A stretch of 64,000 nt of DNA from Candidatus Levyibacteriota bacterium (GCA_043807135.1 JAZDGF010000001.1:68573-132572); one strand, 5' to 3'; shown: positions 46,044-56,132, counted from the stretch's first letter. Made by a program: numbers and translations. Notes: generated by a model from the letters alone, not told the origin.

Positions 46044-46178
46044 GTGGAAAAGCTTACAAAATTAAAAAAGAAAAAAAGAAAAAGAAAGCATGGATTTTTA
46101 TCTAAAATGTCCAGCCACTCAGGAAAGAAGCAAATTAAAAGAAGACGAGCCAAGGGTAAAAAACAGTTAACAGTTTAA
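46044..46178 (+). CDS. rpmH: 50S ribosomal protein bL34 (missed by ORF track)
   Basis: GTG start; MEKLTKLKKKKRKRKHGFLSKMSSHSGKKQIKRRRAKGKKQLTV*; canonical position before rnpA. Confidence 0.93.
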   Translation: MEKLTKLKKKKRKRKHGFLSKMSSHSGKKQIKRRRAKGKKQLTV

Positions 46179-46179
46179 A

Positions 46180-46509
46180 ATGCTCAAAAAAGAGTATCGA
46201 CTTAAAGTACGAACAAAGTTTAAAAATTTTAAAACTGTTTCAACTCTCCTTTTCACACTCAAATATGAAAAAAATGAAAAGGAGGTTAGCAATTTTGGGG
46301 TAATTGTCTCAAAAAAGGTTGATTTAAAAGCAACTGTCAGAAACAGAATTAGAAGACAAATTACAAGTTGTCTTGAAAAAAACCTTGGGAAAATAAAACC
46401 AGGTTTTAATTTTTTGTTTATTGCAAAAAAAGAAGCAATTGATAAAAAAACAGAGGAAATTAACAAGATGATAATAGCTATAATAAAGGAAGAAGAATTA
46501 ATTAAATGA
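46180..46509 (+). CDS. rnpA: Ribonuclease P protein component
   Basis: MLKKEYRL, FGVIVSKKV..KATVRNRIRR (RNR motif). Confidence 0.95.
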   Translation: MLKKEYRLKVRTKFKNFKTVSTLLFTLKYEKNEKEVSNFGVIVSKKVDLKATVRNRIRRQITSCLEKNLGKIKPGFNFLFIAKKEAIDKKTEEINKMIIAIIKEEELIK

Positions 46510-46718
46510 AAATATCAATTTTATTTTTAATTACTGCTTATCAGGAAATATTTTCAGCAAGCTTAAAATCTCTACTTGGTGTTGGCTCGTTTTGTAGGTA
46601 TTCCACAACCTGCTCCACGTATTCAAAACAAGCAGTACAAACTCATGGAGTTATTAAAGGGCTTGGATTATCCATTAAAAGAATAATGAAATGTCAACCA
46701 TTTAACAAAAATATATGA
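46506..46718 (+). CDS. yidD: Membrane protein insertion efficiency factor YidD
   Basis: YQ, CRY..TCS.Y..QAV..HG..KG..L..KRI.KCQPF. Confidence 0.92.
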   Translation: MKISILFLITAYQEIFSASLKSLLGVGSFCRYSTTCSTYSKQAVQTHGVIKGLGLSIKRIMKCQPFNKNI

Positions 46719-47545
46719 CTGATCCCGGATTATATAATCAAATATTAATTTGGCCAATTACAAATATCATGCTGATTCTATATCAGATGTTTTATTTCCT
46801 TCATCTTCCTTACGCATTAGGATTTGCAATTATTGCAATGACTGTAATAATTAGAATTATTCTTTATCCTTTAACTAATGCGCAACTTAAAACTTCAAAA
46901 AGAATGCAAGACCTAGCGCCGCACATTGCAAAACTAAAGGAAGCCCATAAAAATGACTCTAAAAGATTACAAACAGAAACTATGCGGCTTTATAAAGAAC
47001 ATGGAGTTAATCCTGCTGCTGGATGTTTGCCTGTGCTAGTTCAATTCCCCTTTATAATTGCTCTTTATCAATCTATTTTTACCTTGTTTAATCAAGATTT
47101 TGGGTTAACAAGCATTAATAAAATTCTTTATTCTTTTGTGCCTCCTCTTGACAAAATGCCGGATCTTAATTTTTTTGGTTATAACTTAGCACATAAACCG
47201 AATGAATTTAGTCAATACGGACCACTGTTGTTTTTAATTCCGATAATTACGGTTATTCTTTCATTTATTCAATCAAAAATGATGCCATTCCCAGTTAAAA
47301 AGTATAGTTCTGATTCTTCTAAAGAAAAAAAAGAAAAACAAAAATCTTCGGATTTTGCAAGCACGATGCAAACCCAAATGATCTACATGATGCCTTTAAT
47401 GATTGGATTTTTTTCATGGCAATTTCCAGTAGGGGTATCTTTATACTGGAATACTTTTACAGTTTTTGGTATCATACAGCAATATAAAATTTCTGGGCTA
47501 GGAAGTTTGGAAGGAATTGTAAATAAGATATATGTCAAAAAATAA
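46715..47545 (+). CDS. yidC: YidC/Oxa1 membrane protein insertase
   Basis: AII..TV.IR.IL.PL, MQ.L.P, LYKEHGVNP.AGCLP.LVQ.P, LYW. Confidence 0.96.
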   Translation: MTDPGLYNQILIWPITNIMLILYQMFYFLHLPYALGFAIIAMTVIIRIILYPLTNAQLKTSKRMQDLAPHIAKLKEAHKNDSKRLQTETMRLYKEHGVNPAAGCLPVLVQFPFIIALYQSIFTLFNQDFGLTSINKILYSFVPPLDKMPDLNFFGYNLAHKPNEFSQYGPLLFLIPIITVILSFIQSKMMPFPVKKYSSDSSKEKKEKQKSSDFASTMQTQMIYMMPLMIGFFSWQFPVGVSLYWNTFTVFGIIQQYKISGLGSLEGIVNKIYVKK

Positions 47546-47981
47546 AAAGCTTGAAAAAGAAGTTAAAGATTTTTTCAAAAATATTGGGGTTGACGGAAAG
47601 CTTAAAATTTCTGAAGATGATGATATCATTGAAATAGATTTAGAAACAGAAGATAGTGGAATTGTTATCGGGCATCATGGCGACACACTTGAATCGTTGC
47701 AGCTTATCTTAGCATTAGTTCTTCAAAAAAAACTCGGAGAATTTAAAAGAGTTTCTATAGAGATTGGAGATTACAAAAAGAATAGATCTGATTGGTTGAC
47801 AAATTTGGCAAATGAAACAAAGGAAAGAGTGCTTTCAGAAGACAGAGAAGTTCATCTTTACGATTTAAAATCATGGGAAAGAAGAGTTGTTCACTTAATT
47901 TTACAAAATGATAAGGAAGTTGTTTCCGAATCAACAGGTGAAGGTAAAGATAGGGTCTTGGTTGTCAAGCCAAAAGAATAA
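47532..47981 (+). CDS. jag: Jag/KhpB KH-R3H RNA-binding protein (short form)
   Basis: GIVIGHHGDTLESLQ (KH), ERRVVH (R3H), SES.GEG..R. Confidence 0.92.
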   Translation: MSKNKKLEKEVKDFFKNIGVDGKLKISEDDDIIEIDLETEDSGIVIGHHGDTLESLQLILALVLQKKLGEFKRVSIEIGDYKKNRSDWLTNLANETKERVLSEDREVHLYDLKSWERRVVHLILQNDKEVVSESTGEGKDRVLVVKPKE

Positions 47982-49212
47982 CCCTTCCCTTCTTTTCTTT
48001 TATCTTCTTATTCTATTTTTACCAATACAGTTTGGAAAACATTTTTGGCCAAGCTCCTCTTTTGTTTATGGGATTAGAGTAGATTACCTCTCCCCCACAC
48101 TTTATCTGACAGATATTTTAATTTTGCTTATATTAGGAACATATTTTTTTAAAAAAATAAATTTAAAAAAACTTATAACCAAGAAAGTAATTTTAGTAAT
48201 TGCAATATTTATTTTACTTACTACATCAGCCCTTTTTGCAAAAAATCAATTATCAGCTTTTTACGGAATTATTAAATTCTTAGAGTTTTTGCTTCTTGCA
48301 ATATTTATTTCAAGAAAATTAAAAAACCTAGCCCCAATTTACTTATTAATGTCTTTTTCCGTAATTTATGAAAGCGTAATTGCGACTGCTCAATTTATAA
48401 ATCAGGGATCTTTGGGTGGATTGTTTTACTTTCTTGGGGAAAGAACTTTTAACGGACAAACTCCTGGAATTGCAAACGCGTCCCTGGGAGGGGAATTAGT
48501 GCTTAGGGCATATGGTACTTTTCCTCACCCAAATGTGCTTGCGGGATTTTTAGTTGTTTTTATGGCAGTAATTTTAACAAGCATGACTAAAGAGAAAGGG
48601 GCAAGACTATTTTATTATTGGACTGCCTTAGTTGTTGGAACTCTTGCTCTTTTTTTAACCTTAAGTAGAACTTCAATTATAGTCTGGGTATTTGCAATGA
48701 TTTTTATATTACTGTTAAAAAAAGGATTTGGCAAAAAAACTAATTTAGCGTTGATATTAACAATTATATTAATTCTTTCGTTTTTTCTTCTGTCTCCTCT
48801 TTTATTAAGATTTACACACATCACCTTTGAAGATCCGTCTATTTATGACCGAAGAATTCTATTTGACGCGGGAGTTGCAATGTTTTTTAAAAATCCTGTT
48901 TTAGGAGTTGGGTTCAATAATTTCTTGGTTAATTTGCCAGTATTTATTAAAAACATAAGTCTTCATTTTCTCCAGCCGGTACATAATATATATTTGCTAA
49001 TTCTTGTTGAAACGGGAATCTTTGGATTTTTAGCATTTCTATCATTACTTTTTTTGACCTTTAGAAAAATCGGTAAAAAATCTGTATTTTTTCCAGCTTT
49101 TTTAATAATCATTTTCATAGGATTATTTGATCATTATTTCCTAACGCTTCAGCAAGGTCAGATTCTTTTTGCTATTACGTTTGGTTTCTGCTGGGCAAAG
49201 AGTTTTAAGTAG
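47962..49212 (+). CDS. O-antigen ligase/polymerase (Wzy_C) family membrane protein
   Basis: RAYGTFPHPNVLAG, LTLSR, P.LGVG.NNF, PVHNIYL..L.ETG; start uncertain (TTG 47962 or ATG 47908). Confidence 0.88.
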   Translation: MSSQKNNPSLLFFYLLILFLPIQFGKHFWPSSSFVYGIRVDYLSPTLYLTDILILLILGTYFFKKINLKKLITKKVILVIAIFILLTTSALFAKNQLSAFYGIIKFLEFLLLAIFISRKLKNLAPIYLLMSFSVIYESVIATAQFINQGSLGGLFYFLGERTFNGQTPGIANASLGGELVLRAYGTFPHPNVLAGFLVVFMAVILTSMTKEKGARLFYYWTALVVGTLALFLTLSRTSIIVWVFAMIFILLLKKGFGKKTNLALILTIILILSFFLLSPLLLRFTHITFEDPSIYDRRILFDAGVAMFFKNPVLGVGFNNFLVNLPVFIKNISLHFLQPVHNIYLLILVETGIFGFLAFLSLLFLTFRKIGKKSVFFPAFLIIIFIGLFDHYFLTLQQGQILFAITFGFCWAKSFK

Positions 49213-49226
49213 TATAAAATAAAAAA

Positions 49227-50465
49227 ATGCATAAACTTATTGCTGCAAATACCTTTTTTCAAGTTTTAGGAAAGATAGCAACCTCTGGAACTGGTTTTTT
49301 AATAACAATACTTCTGGCAAGAGAATATGGCGTTTTAGGATACGGTGATTTTGTAAAAATTACAACCTTTGTTGGATTTTTCTACTTACTTTTAGATCTT
49401 GGATTAAATGCAATATTCTTGCAAGAAAAAGACACAAAAAACTATAAATATCTTTTTACCTTAAGGATTATTATTGCCTTTTTAGTATTAGTTCTTTCAA
49501 ATCTTATTGCACTTTTTCTTCCATTTAATAAAGAGCTTGATATAGGATTTTCAAATATTGCAAAACTAGGAATCTTTATTTTCTCTTTTAGTTATTTTAA
49601 TCAGGCAGTAATTTTATCAACAAGCGCAATTTTTCAAAAAAAATTAAATTATTATTCATATTTAAAAGCAATAGCCATTGGTTCTTTCGTAAACCTATTT
49701 TTAGTTTACCTTTTTGTCTTAAATAAAGCTCCACTTCTCTATGTTTTATTTGCATTTCTAATTAGTGGAGCATTTGCGTCATTTATCTCAGTAATTTTAG
49801 CGCGTCAAAAAAGCTTATTTGCTTTTAATTATAAATATACGAGAAAAATAATTATTGCAGCTTTCCCTCTTTCCGTAATGCTTATTTTTAACTTGCTTTA
49901 TTTTAGAGCAGATACATTTTTACTCTCAATATTAAAATCTACAAAAGACGTTGGGGTATATGGGTTGTCTTATCGTTTTTTTGAGTTTTTAATTGCTCTC
50001 CCTTTATTTTTATCAAACGCATTATACCCATTTCTTTTGAGAGACAAAAAAAATTCACGAAAATTCTTTATTGTTATAAAACAATACCTTTTCATATTTA
50101 CAATTGCGGGGATATTATTAGTTATACCCTTTTGGTTTATATCTCCTCTTTTTACCTTAATAAAAAATGATTTTGTTTTAGCTATTCTTCCTTTTAGGAT
50201 CTTGCTTTTTTCCCTCCCTTTATTTTTTGTGACAAGTCTTTTGCAATGGGCTCTTATTGCACTTGGAAAACAAAAGTTCTTAATGAAAGCATATCTTTTT
50301 GCTGCGATAATAAACATTGTGCTTAATTTAATATTTATTCCAAAAGCCTCCTACATAGCATCTGCTATAATAACTGGGGTTTCAGAATTTGCAGTAATGT
50401 CGATTTTGTTTATTAAGCTGTTTAATCTTAAAATTTTATCAGAAAGGGATTGTGAAAGTAAGTAA
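49227..50465 (+). CDS. Polysaccharide flippase (Wzx/MOP family)
   Basis: NT..Q..GK, LAR..G..GYG, DLGL, YFRADT..LS, VG.YG..YR, IN..LN..FIP; about 12 TMs. Confidence 0.9.
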   Translation: MHKLIAANTFFQVLGKIATSGTGFLITILLAREYGVLGYGDFVKITTFVGFFYLLLDLGLNAIFLQEKDTKNYKYLFTLRIIIAFLVLVLSNLIALFLPFNKELDIGFSNIAKLGIFIFSFSYFNQAVILSTSAIFQKKLNYYSYLKAIAIGSFVNLFLVYLFVLNKAPLLYVLFAFLISGAFASFISVILARQKSLFAFNYKYTRKIIIAAFPLSVMLIFNLLYFRADTFLLSILKSTKDVGVYGLSYRFFEFLIALPLFLSNALYPFLLRDKKNSRKFFIVIKQYLFIFTIAGILLVIPFWFISPLFTLIKNDFVLAILPFRILLFSLPLFFVTSLLQWALIALGKQKFLMKAYLFAAIINIVLNLIFIPKASYIASAIITGVSEFAVMSILFIKLFNLKILSERDCESK

Positions 50466-50880
50466 GATAAGTATTTTTGCAGACGGAGGAGCTAGGGGAA
50501 ATCCAGGACCTAGCGCAATTGGTTTTTACATAGAGGGGAGTAGTGGAGAGGAAATAATATCTATTGGAAAAAAAATTGGAATTGCAACAAACAATGTTGC
50601 AGAGTACACGGCGATTTTAGAAGCGTTAGATTGGATTTGTCAAAATAAAGAAAAAATAGAAAATAATGCAAAACTTGATTTTTATCTTGATTCTCAACTT
50701 GCGTCTTCTCAGCTTTCAGGTCTATACAAAGTAAAGAATTCAAAACTTCGGGAATTGATATTTTCCATAAGACAAAAAGAAGCAGAACTTGGAATAGATG
50801 TTTCATACAATCATATTCCTCGGGAAAAAAATGAAAAAGCAGACAAACTGGTAAACCTTGCTCTGGACAACCTGCTCTAA
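50452..50880 (+). CDS. rnhA: Ribonuclease HI family
   Basis: ADGGARGNPGP, TNNVAEY, DSQL, HIPREKN..AD.L.N. Confidence 0.93.
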   Translation: MKVSKISIFADGGARGNPGPSAIGFYIEGSSGEEIISIGKKIGIATNNVAEYTAILEALDWICQNKEKIENNAKLDFYLDSQLASSQLSGLYKVKNSKLRELIFSIRQKEAELGIDVSYNHIPREKNEKADKLVNLALDNLL

Positions 50881-50901
50881 TCTCGTTTAAAATAGGCTTA
50901 C

Positions 50902-53571
50902 ATGAAACCTGCCCTTGTAACAGAAGAAAAAGAAGAATCTCCAATCTTAATAGTTGATAAAGTTGGTTTAATTGGGAAAAAACTTTCTGAGCACTTAGAA
51001 AAAGGAACATTAGTAGTTTTTGTAAGCAAAGAAGAGCCAACTCTTTCCAAAAATACTGTACATGTCCCTTTTGCTGAAAAGTTCCCCAAGATCCCGGATA
51101 ATAATTATTCTCACATTATCGTAATTGATGATAATGATAAAGCGACCAGAGAAGCACTTCCTTCGTTTATAAAAAAAGCAGAAGCTGATAAGTCGATATT
51201 TTTATTTGCAGTATCTCTTTCGGATATGGATGAAAAAACAATAAGTTACATTCTTGACTCTTATTCACAAGCAAGAGTTGTAATATACGGTGAAATTTTT
51301 TGCAAAGAACCTTTTTTCAATACGGCTATAAGCAAATTAATTTATCAAGCAGAACACATGGGCAGGATAGAGGTTCCGGGAGACGGAATGAAAAATATTT
51401 ACCCTGTTTTATATGAAGATGTTATTTTAGGAATATTAGAAGCACTTTTTGGAACAGATAAAGAAAGTAAAACTTATTACCTTCTTTCTAAAAAACCACT
51501 TACACTCTTAACTTTTGCACATCTTGTTCAAAGAGTAGTCCCAGGCGTAGGAATAGATTTTGTGAAAAAAGAAAAAGAAACAACTGAAATAAAACCTAAA
51601 AAAGGCAAGTACATTTTTGGCGAGAATTATGATATTGAGCAAAGAATAAAAAATCTTGAACTGGAAGAGTGGCCTGAAAGTAACTTAAAAGAAAATAAAG
51701 CTAAACCTGAAGTATTTAAAGCAAAGAATAAAAAATCTCGCATTTTATTTTCTCTTTTATTTTCTCTTTTATTCCTCTTATTACTTCCACTCTTGTCAAC
51801 TCTTATGTTTTCATTGCTAGGGGCACAATCTTTAGATATTGCAAAGAAAAACATAGAAAAAGGAGACTCAAAAAATGCCATAGTTGCAGCTGAGTCAGCC
51901 AGTATGCTTTTTAAGTATGCATCTAAAACAATGGTTCCATTAACAATGGAGTTAAAACTAATAGGTCAACAAGTACATGCCGAAAACTTTTTACTACAGA
52001 TAAAAAAAGGGGAAGGAGTGTCGCAAACTGCAGCCTCTCTTGCAAAAGCAGCAAGTTCATTCAAAGACGTGTATTACGGAAGCTCAAAAGAACAGGGTAA
52101 GGATTTTAATGAAGCAATAAGCAATTTACGAGAATCAATTATTTTTGTACAAAAAGAAAAAGCTAAAGGCGATGATTTTCTCGGTGTCTTAAAAAATAGT
52201 AGTTCGATGATTAGCTTTGCTTCAGCAACAATTGACATATGGCCTGAAATTATGGGAATTAATGGAAAAAAAGTTTATCTTATGCTTTTTCAAAATAATA
52301 TGGAATTAAGACCAGGAGGGGGATTTATAGGATCATACGGACTTGTTACAATAGACAAAGGAAGAGTTGTTGATTTTGTAATACATGATGTATACGATGC
52401 AGATGGACAACTAAAAGCTAAAATTGAGCCCCCTCTGGCTATAAGAAGATATCTTAAAAACAATAGCTTGTTTTTAAGAGACAGTAATTTTAGTCCAGAC
52501 TTTACTGAGAATGCTGCTAGGGCTGCATATTTCTTAAATCTTGAAACTGATCAAAAAGTAAACGGAGTTATAGGGGTTGATTTGTTTTTTGTTAAGAGCC
52601 TACTTGAAAACATAGGCCCTGTGGAAGTACCTGAATATAATGAAAAAGTTGATGCAAAGAATTTTTTCTATTTAACAGAATCACACGTAGAAAAAGATTT
52701 CTTCCCTGGATCTACTCAGAAAAAAGACTTTTTAAGATCTTTATTTAATGCAATTGAAAAATCAATTAGCAATAAGAAACAAATTTCATATTTAAATTTA
52801 AGTAAGTCAATTTTTGAATCTCTTGATCAAAAACACTTACTTTTGGTATTTGATCAACCAGAAGTTCAAAACATTTTTACAATTAATAACTGGTCTTCAT
52901 CTTTATGGGACGGGAGAAATGAAGGACCATCTATGATAAACGATTTCCTCGGTATAAGTGAAGCAAATATTGGAGGAAATAAGGCAAACTATTTTGTTAA
53001 AAAAAATGTTTCCTACAATGTTTCAATAAAAAAAGATGGAGAGATTGTTTCAGAACTTGAGATAATATATAAGAATACAAGCGACGGATCATGGCCGGGA
53101 GGGGATTACAAGAATTATCTAACTATTATTGTTCCAAAAGATTCTAAACTAGACAGTATTCAAATTGACGATAAAGAGCAAACTTTAGTAGATGCAGTAA
53201 CAGAGCCTTTACTTTATGAAGCAACTCATTTTATTCCACCAAAAGGGTTAGAAATCGAAGAGACTGAGGAAAAAGGAAAAACAAAATACGGTTTTTTTGT
53301 AAATATTCCCAAAGGAGAACTTAAAAAAATAAAAATAAGCTATATAAATCCAAAACAGATGTCTTTTGTTTGGCCTGACTTTATTTATAGTCTCAGGCTT
53401 TACAAACAGCCTGGAGAAGATAATAATCCGTACACATTTTCACTTAAATACCCGGAAGAGTTTGAAGTGGTCGATGAGTCTAGTGAATTTTCCAAAGGAA
53501 GTACAGGGATAAGCAGCTCATTTAAATTAGAAAAAGATTTAGACTATTTTGTAAAGCTTGGAAAAAAATAG
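50902..53571 (+). CDS. DUF4012 domain protein with degenerate N-terminal Rossmann/epimerase-like domain
   Basis: YL.LFQNNMELRPGGGFIGSYG, DVYDADGQL, LRDSNFSPDF, EAN.G.NKAN, KQPG; N-terminal ILIVDKVGLIG..L. Confidence 0.85.
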   Translation: MKPALVTEEKEESPILIVDKVGLIGKKLSEHLEKGTLVVFVSKEEPTLSKNTVHVPFAEKFPKIPDNNYSHIIVIDDNDKATREALPSFIKKAEADKSIFLFAVSLSDMDEKTISYILDSYSQARVVIYGEIFCKEPFFNTAISKLIYQAEHMGRIEVPGDGMKNIYPVLYEDVILGILEALFGTDKESKTYYLLSKKPLTLLTFAHLVQRVVPGVGIDFVKKEKETTEIKPKKGKYIFGENYDIEQRIKNLELEEWPESNLKENKAKPEVFKAKNKKSRILFSLLFSLLFLLLLPLLSTLMFSLLGAQSLDIAKKNIEKGDSKNAIVAAESASMLFKYASKTMVPLTMELKLIGQQVHAENFLLQIKKGEGVSQTAASLAKAASSFKDVYYGSSKEQGKDFNEAISNLRESIIFVQKEKAKGDDFLGVLKNSSSMISFASATIDIWPEIMGINGKKVYLMLFQNNMELRPGGGFIGSYGLVTIDKGRVVDFVIHDVYDADGQLKAKIEPPLAIRRYLKNNSLFLRDSNFSPDFTENAARAAYFLNLETDQKVNGVIGVDLFFVKSLLENIGPVEVPEYNEKVDAKNFFYLTESHVEKDFFPGSTQKKDFLRSLFNAIEKSISNKKQISYLNLSKSIFESLDQKHLLLVFDQPEVQNIFTINNWSSSLWDGRNEGPSMINDFLGISEANIGGNKANYFVKKNVSYNVSIKKDGEIVSELEIIYKNTSDGSWPGGDYKNYLTIIVPKDSKLDSIQIDDKEQTLVDAVTEPLLYEATHFIPPKGLEIEETEEKGKTKYGFFVNIPKGELKKIKISYINPKQMSFVWPDFIYSLRLYKQPGEDNNPYTFSLKYPEEFEVVDESSEFSKGSTGISSSFKLEKDLDYFVKLGKK

Positions 53572-53604
53572 CTCTGCATTTAAAATATGCTAGAATAGCA
53601 ATCT

Positions 53605-55725
53605 ATGGATAAGATTTATAACAACAAACAAGTTGAAGAAAAAATATATAAAGAATGGGAAAAGGAAGGATTTTTTAAACCTGAAATAAATCCAAAAGGA
53701 GAGCCATACTGCATTATTCTTCCCCCTCCAAACGCAAATGGAAATCTTCATTTTGGCCATGCAATGATGTCTCTTGAAGATATCTTAATTAGATATCAGC
53801 GCATGAAGGGAAAATCTGCATTATTCTTGCCCGGAGCAGATCATGCTGGGTTTGAAACGCAATTTGTTTTTGAAAAAAAGCTTCAATCAGAGGGAAAAAC
53901 TCGCTTTGATTTGAAAAGAGACGAGCTGTACCAGATGATTTGGGATTATGTTGCAGAAAATAAGAAAAACATGGAAAACCAGCTTAAAAAATTAGGGTTT
54001 TCTTTGGATTGGACTAGAGAAAAATTCTCACTAGATAAAGATGTTATTAATTTAGTTAATAAAACATTCAAGAGACTAGCAGATGATGGGTTAATCTATA
54101 GAGGTGATCGTTTGGTTAATTATTGTACTTTTGATGGAACAAGTTTTTCAGACCTAGAGGTTATATATGAAGAAAGAAAAAATCCTCTTTACTACATTAA
54201 GTATGGACCTTTAATTTTAGCAACAACCAGGCCAGAGACAAAATTTGGAGATACAGCAGTAGCAGTTAATCCAAATGACAAGAGATATAAAAAGTATATC
54301 GGCAAAGAGGTTGATATACAAACTGTAATAGGAAAAGCAAAAATTAAAGTTGTTGCAGACAAAATGGTCGATCAAGAATTTGGAACAGGTGTTGTAAAAA
54401 TTACCCCAGCTCATGATTTTGATGATTTTGAAGTTGCCAAAAAACATAAACTCCCCATGGTTCAGGTCATAAATCATGATGGAAAAATGAATGAAAAAGC
54501 AGGTAAATTTAAAGGATTATATGTAAAACAAGCTAGAAAAGCAGTTGTTGAAGAAATGCAAAAGAAAGGCTTAATAGAAAAAATAGATGAAAACTATGTT
54601 CACAGAATTGGCCTTTGTTATAAATGTAAGCATCCAATAGAGCCGCTTCCTCTTAAGCAGTGGTATATAAAAGTAGAAGATTTAGCAAAAAATGCAATAA
54701 AAGTTGTTAAAGAGGAAAAAATTAAGTTTTATCCAAAAGGTTTTGAAAAACGTTATTTCCAATGGCTTGAGAACTTAAATGATTGGAATATATCACGTCA
54801 AGTTGTATGGGGGATTAGAATTCCTGCATGGCAATGCAAGAAATGCAGCGAGTGGATAATAACAAGCGGGGAAGAACCTAAAAAATGTAAATGTGGAGGG
54901 GATAAGCTTGTTCAAGACAAAGACACTTTTGATACTTGGTTTTCTTCAGGACAGTGGCCGATTATAACACTAAAGACAGGTAAAAGTGAAGATTTTAATA
55001 AATTTTATCCAACATCTGTTATGGAAACAGGTTATGATATCTTGTCTGCTTGGGTATCAAGGATGGTTATGCTAGGAGTTTATCTTGAAAAAGAAGCCCC
55101 TTTTAAAAATGTTGTTTTACACGGTTTAGTAAAAGATCCGTATGGTAAGAAAATGAGCAAAAGTAAAGGTAACGTTGTTAACCCCTTGGAAATTGTTGAT
55201 CAATACGGAGCTGATGCAGTTCGTTTTGCCTTAGTATATGGTACAGCTTTAGGAAATGATCAGTCTCTTTCATATCCAAAACTTCAGGCAATGCGTAATT
55301 TTACAAATAAGCTTTGGAATATGGCACGTTTCATTGAAATGAGTGAGCCTAAAAATATAAGTAAAAAAGTAAAAGAGCAAGGCTTTAAAGACTTAGAAAA
55401 AATAACTATTAATAAAAAAGATAGAGAAATGATTTTAAATACTAAAAAACTGGCAAAAGATATCACAAGATTATTAGATAAATACGATTTTAACCATGCA
55501 GCACAAAATTTGTATGATTTCACTTGGCACGAATTTGCAGATAAATACATAGAAGACGTTAAAGATAGAATAGGTGAAAAGTCATATTTAGTGTTAAGGT
55601 CATCATTCTTAATCCTACTTAAACTGCTTCATCCATTTATGCCTTTTATTACAGAGGAAATTAATAAAAGACTATACGGTAAAGATAATTACTTAATTAT
55701 TTCTACGTGGCCAATTTATGAGTAA
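53605..55725 (+). CDS. valS: Valine--tRNA ligase (short form)
   Basis: PPPNANG.LHFGHA, PG.DHAG, ATTRPET, GTG.VKITPAHD, WNISRQ..WG, DTWFSS, KMSKS. Confidence 0.96.
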   Translation: MDKIYNNKQVEEKIYKEWEKEGFFKPEINPKGEPYCIILPPPNANGNLHFGHAMMSLEDILIRYQRMKGKSALFLPGADHAGFETQFVFEKKLQSEGKTRFDLKRDELYQMIWDYVAENKKNMENQLKKLGFSLDWTREKFSLDKDVINLVNKTFKRLADDGLIYRGDRLVNYCTFDGTSFSDLEVIYEERKNPLYYIKYGPLILATTRPETKFGDTAVAVNPNDKRYKKYIGKEVDIQTVIGKAKIKVVADKMVDQEFGTGVVKITPAHDFDDFEVAKKHKLPMVQVINHDGKMNEKAGKFKGLYVKQARKAVVEEMQKKGLIEKIDENYVHRIGLCYKCKHPIEPLPLKQWYIKVEDLAKNAIKVVKEEKIKFYPKGFEKRYFQWLENLNDWNISRQVVWGIRIPAWQCKKCSEWIITSGEEPKKCKCGGDKLVQDKDTFDTWFSSGQWPIITLKTGKSEDFNKFYPTSVMETGYDILSAWVSRMVMLGVYLEKEAPFKNVVLHGLVKDPYGKKMSKSKGNVVNPLEIVDQYGADAVRFALVYGTALGNDQSLSYPKLQAMRNFTNKLWNMARFIEMSEPKNISKKVKEQGFKDLEKITINKKDREMILNTKKLAKDITRLLDKYDFNHAAQNLYDFTWHEFADKYIEDVKDRIGEKSYLVLRSSFLILLKLLHPFMPFITEEINKRLYGKDNYLIISTWPIYE

Positions 55726-56131
55726 GCAAAGTTTGAAAAAACGTAAGCCTAGATTCCCGAGGATTTCCCGATTTATTACCGAAAAGTCAGGTTTTTTACT
55801 AAATAACAAATACTCAAGAGTTGTAATCTATAGCCTTATCTATATTTCATTAATTTCAATAACAGTTTATCTTGGCCTTAATTTTTACAATAATTATAAT
55901 ACCCAAAAAGAATTGAGCTTAGAAAGAGAAAAAGTATCAGTTCAGATAAAAGTCTGGCAAGGGGTAATTGATAAGTATCCAAATTTCAAAGACGCTTACC
56001 TTCAGCTTGCAGTACTTGAATATAGAGTGGGAAATATTAATAAATCTAGAGTTTATGTTAAAAAGGCTTTGGTTTTAGATCCTGAATACTCTGATGCAAT
56101 TGAACTTGATAAAAAATTAAGAGGAAATTAG
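55718..56131 (+). CDS. Single-TM TPR-repeat protein
   Basis: TM then W..VI.KYP.F.DAY.QLA.L.Y..G....A/S..Y.KKAL.LDP. Confidence 0.75.
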   Translation: MSKQSLKKRKPRFPRISRFITEKSGFLLNNKYSRVVIYSLIYISLISITVYLGLNFYNNYNTQKELSLEREKVSVQIKVWQGVIDKYPNFKDAYLQLAVLEYRVGNINKSRVYVKKALVLDPEYSDAIELDKKLRGN

Positions 56132-56132
56132 T

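Noticed and set aside
45947-46466. Minus-strand ORFs 45947-46153 and 46167-46466
   Set aside because: Antisense shadows of rpmH and rnpA.
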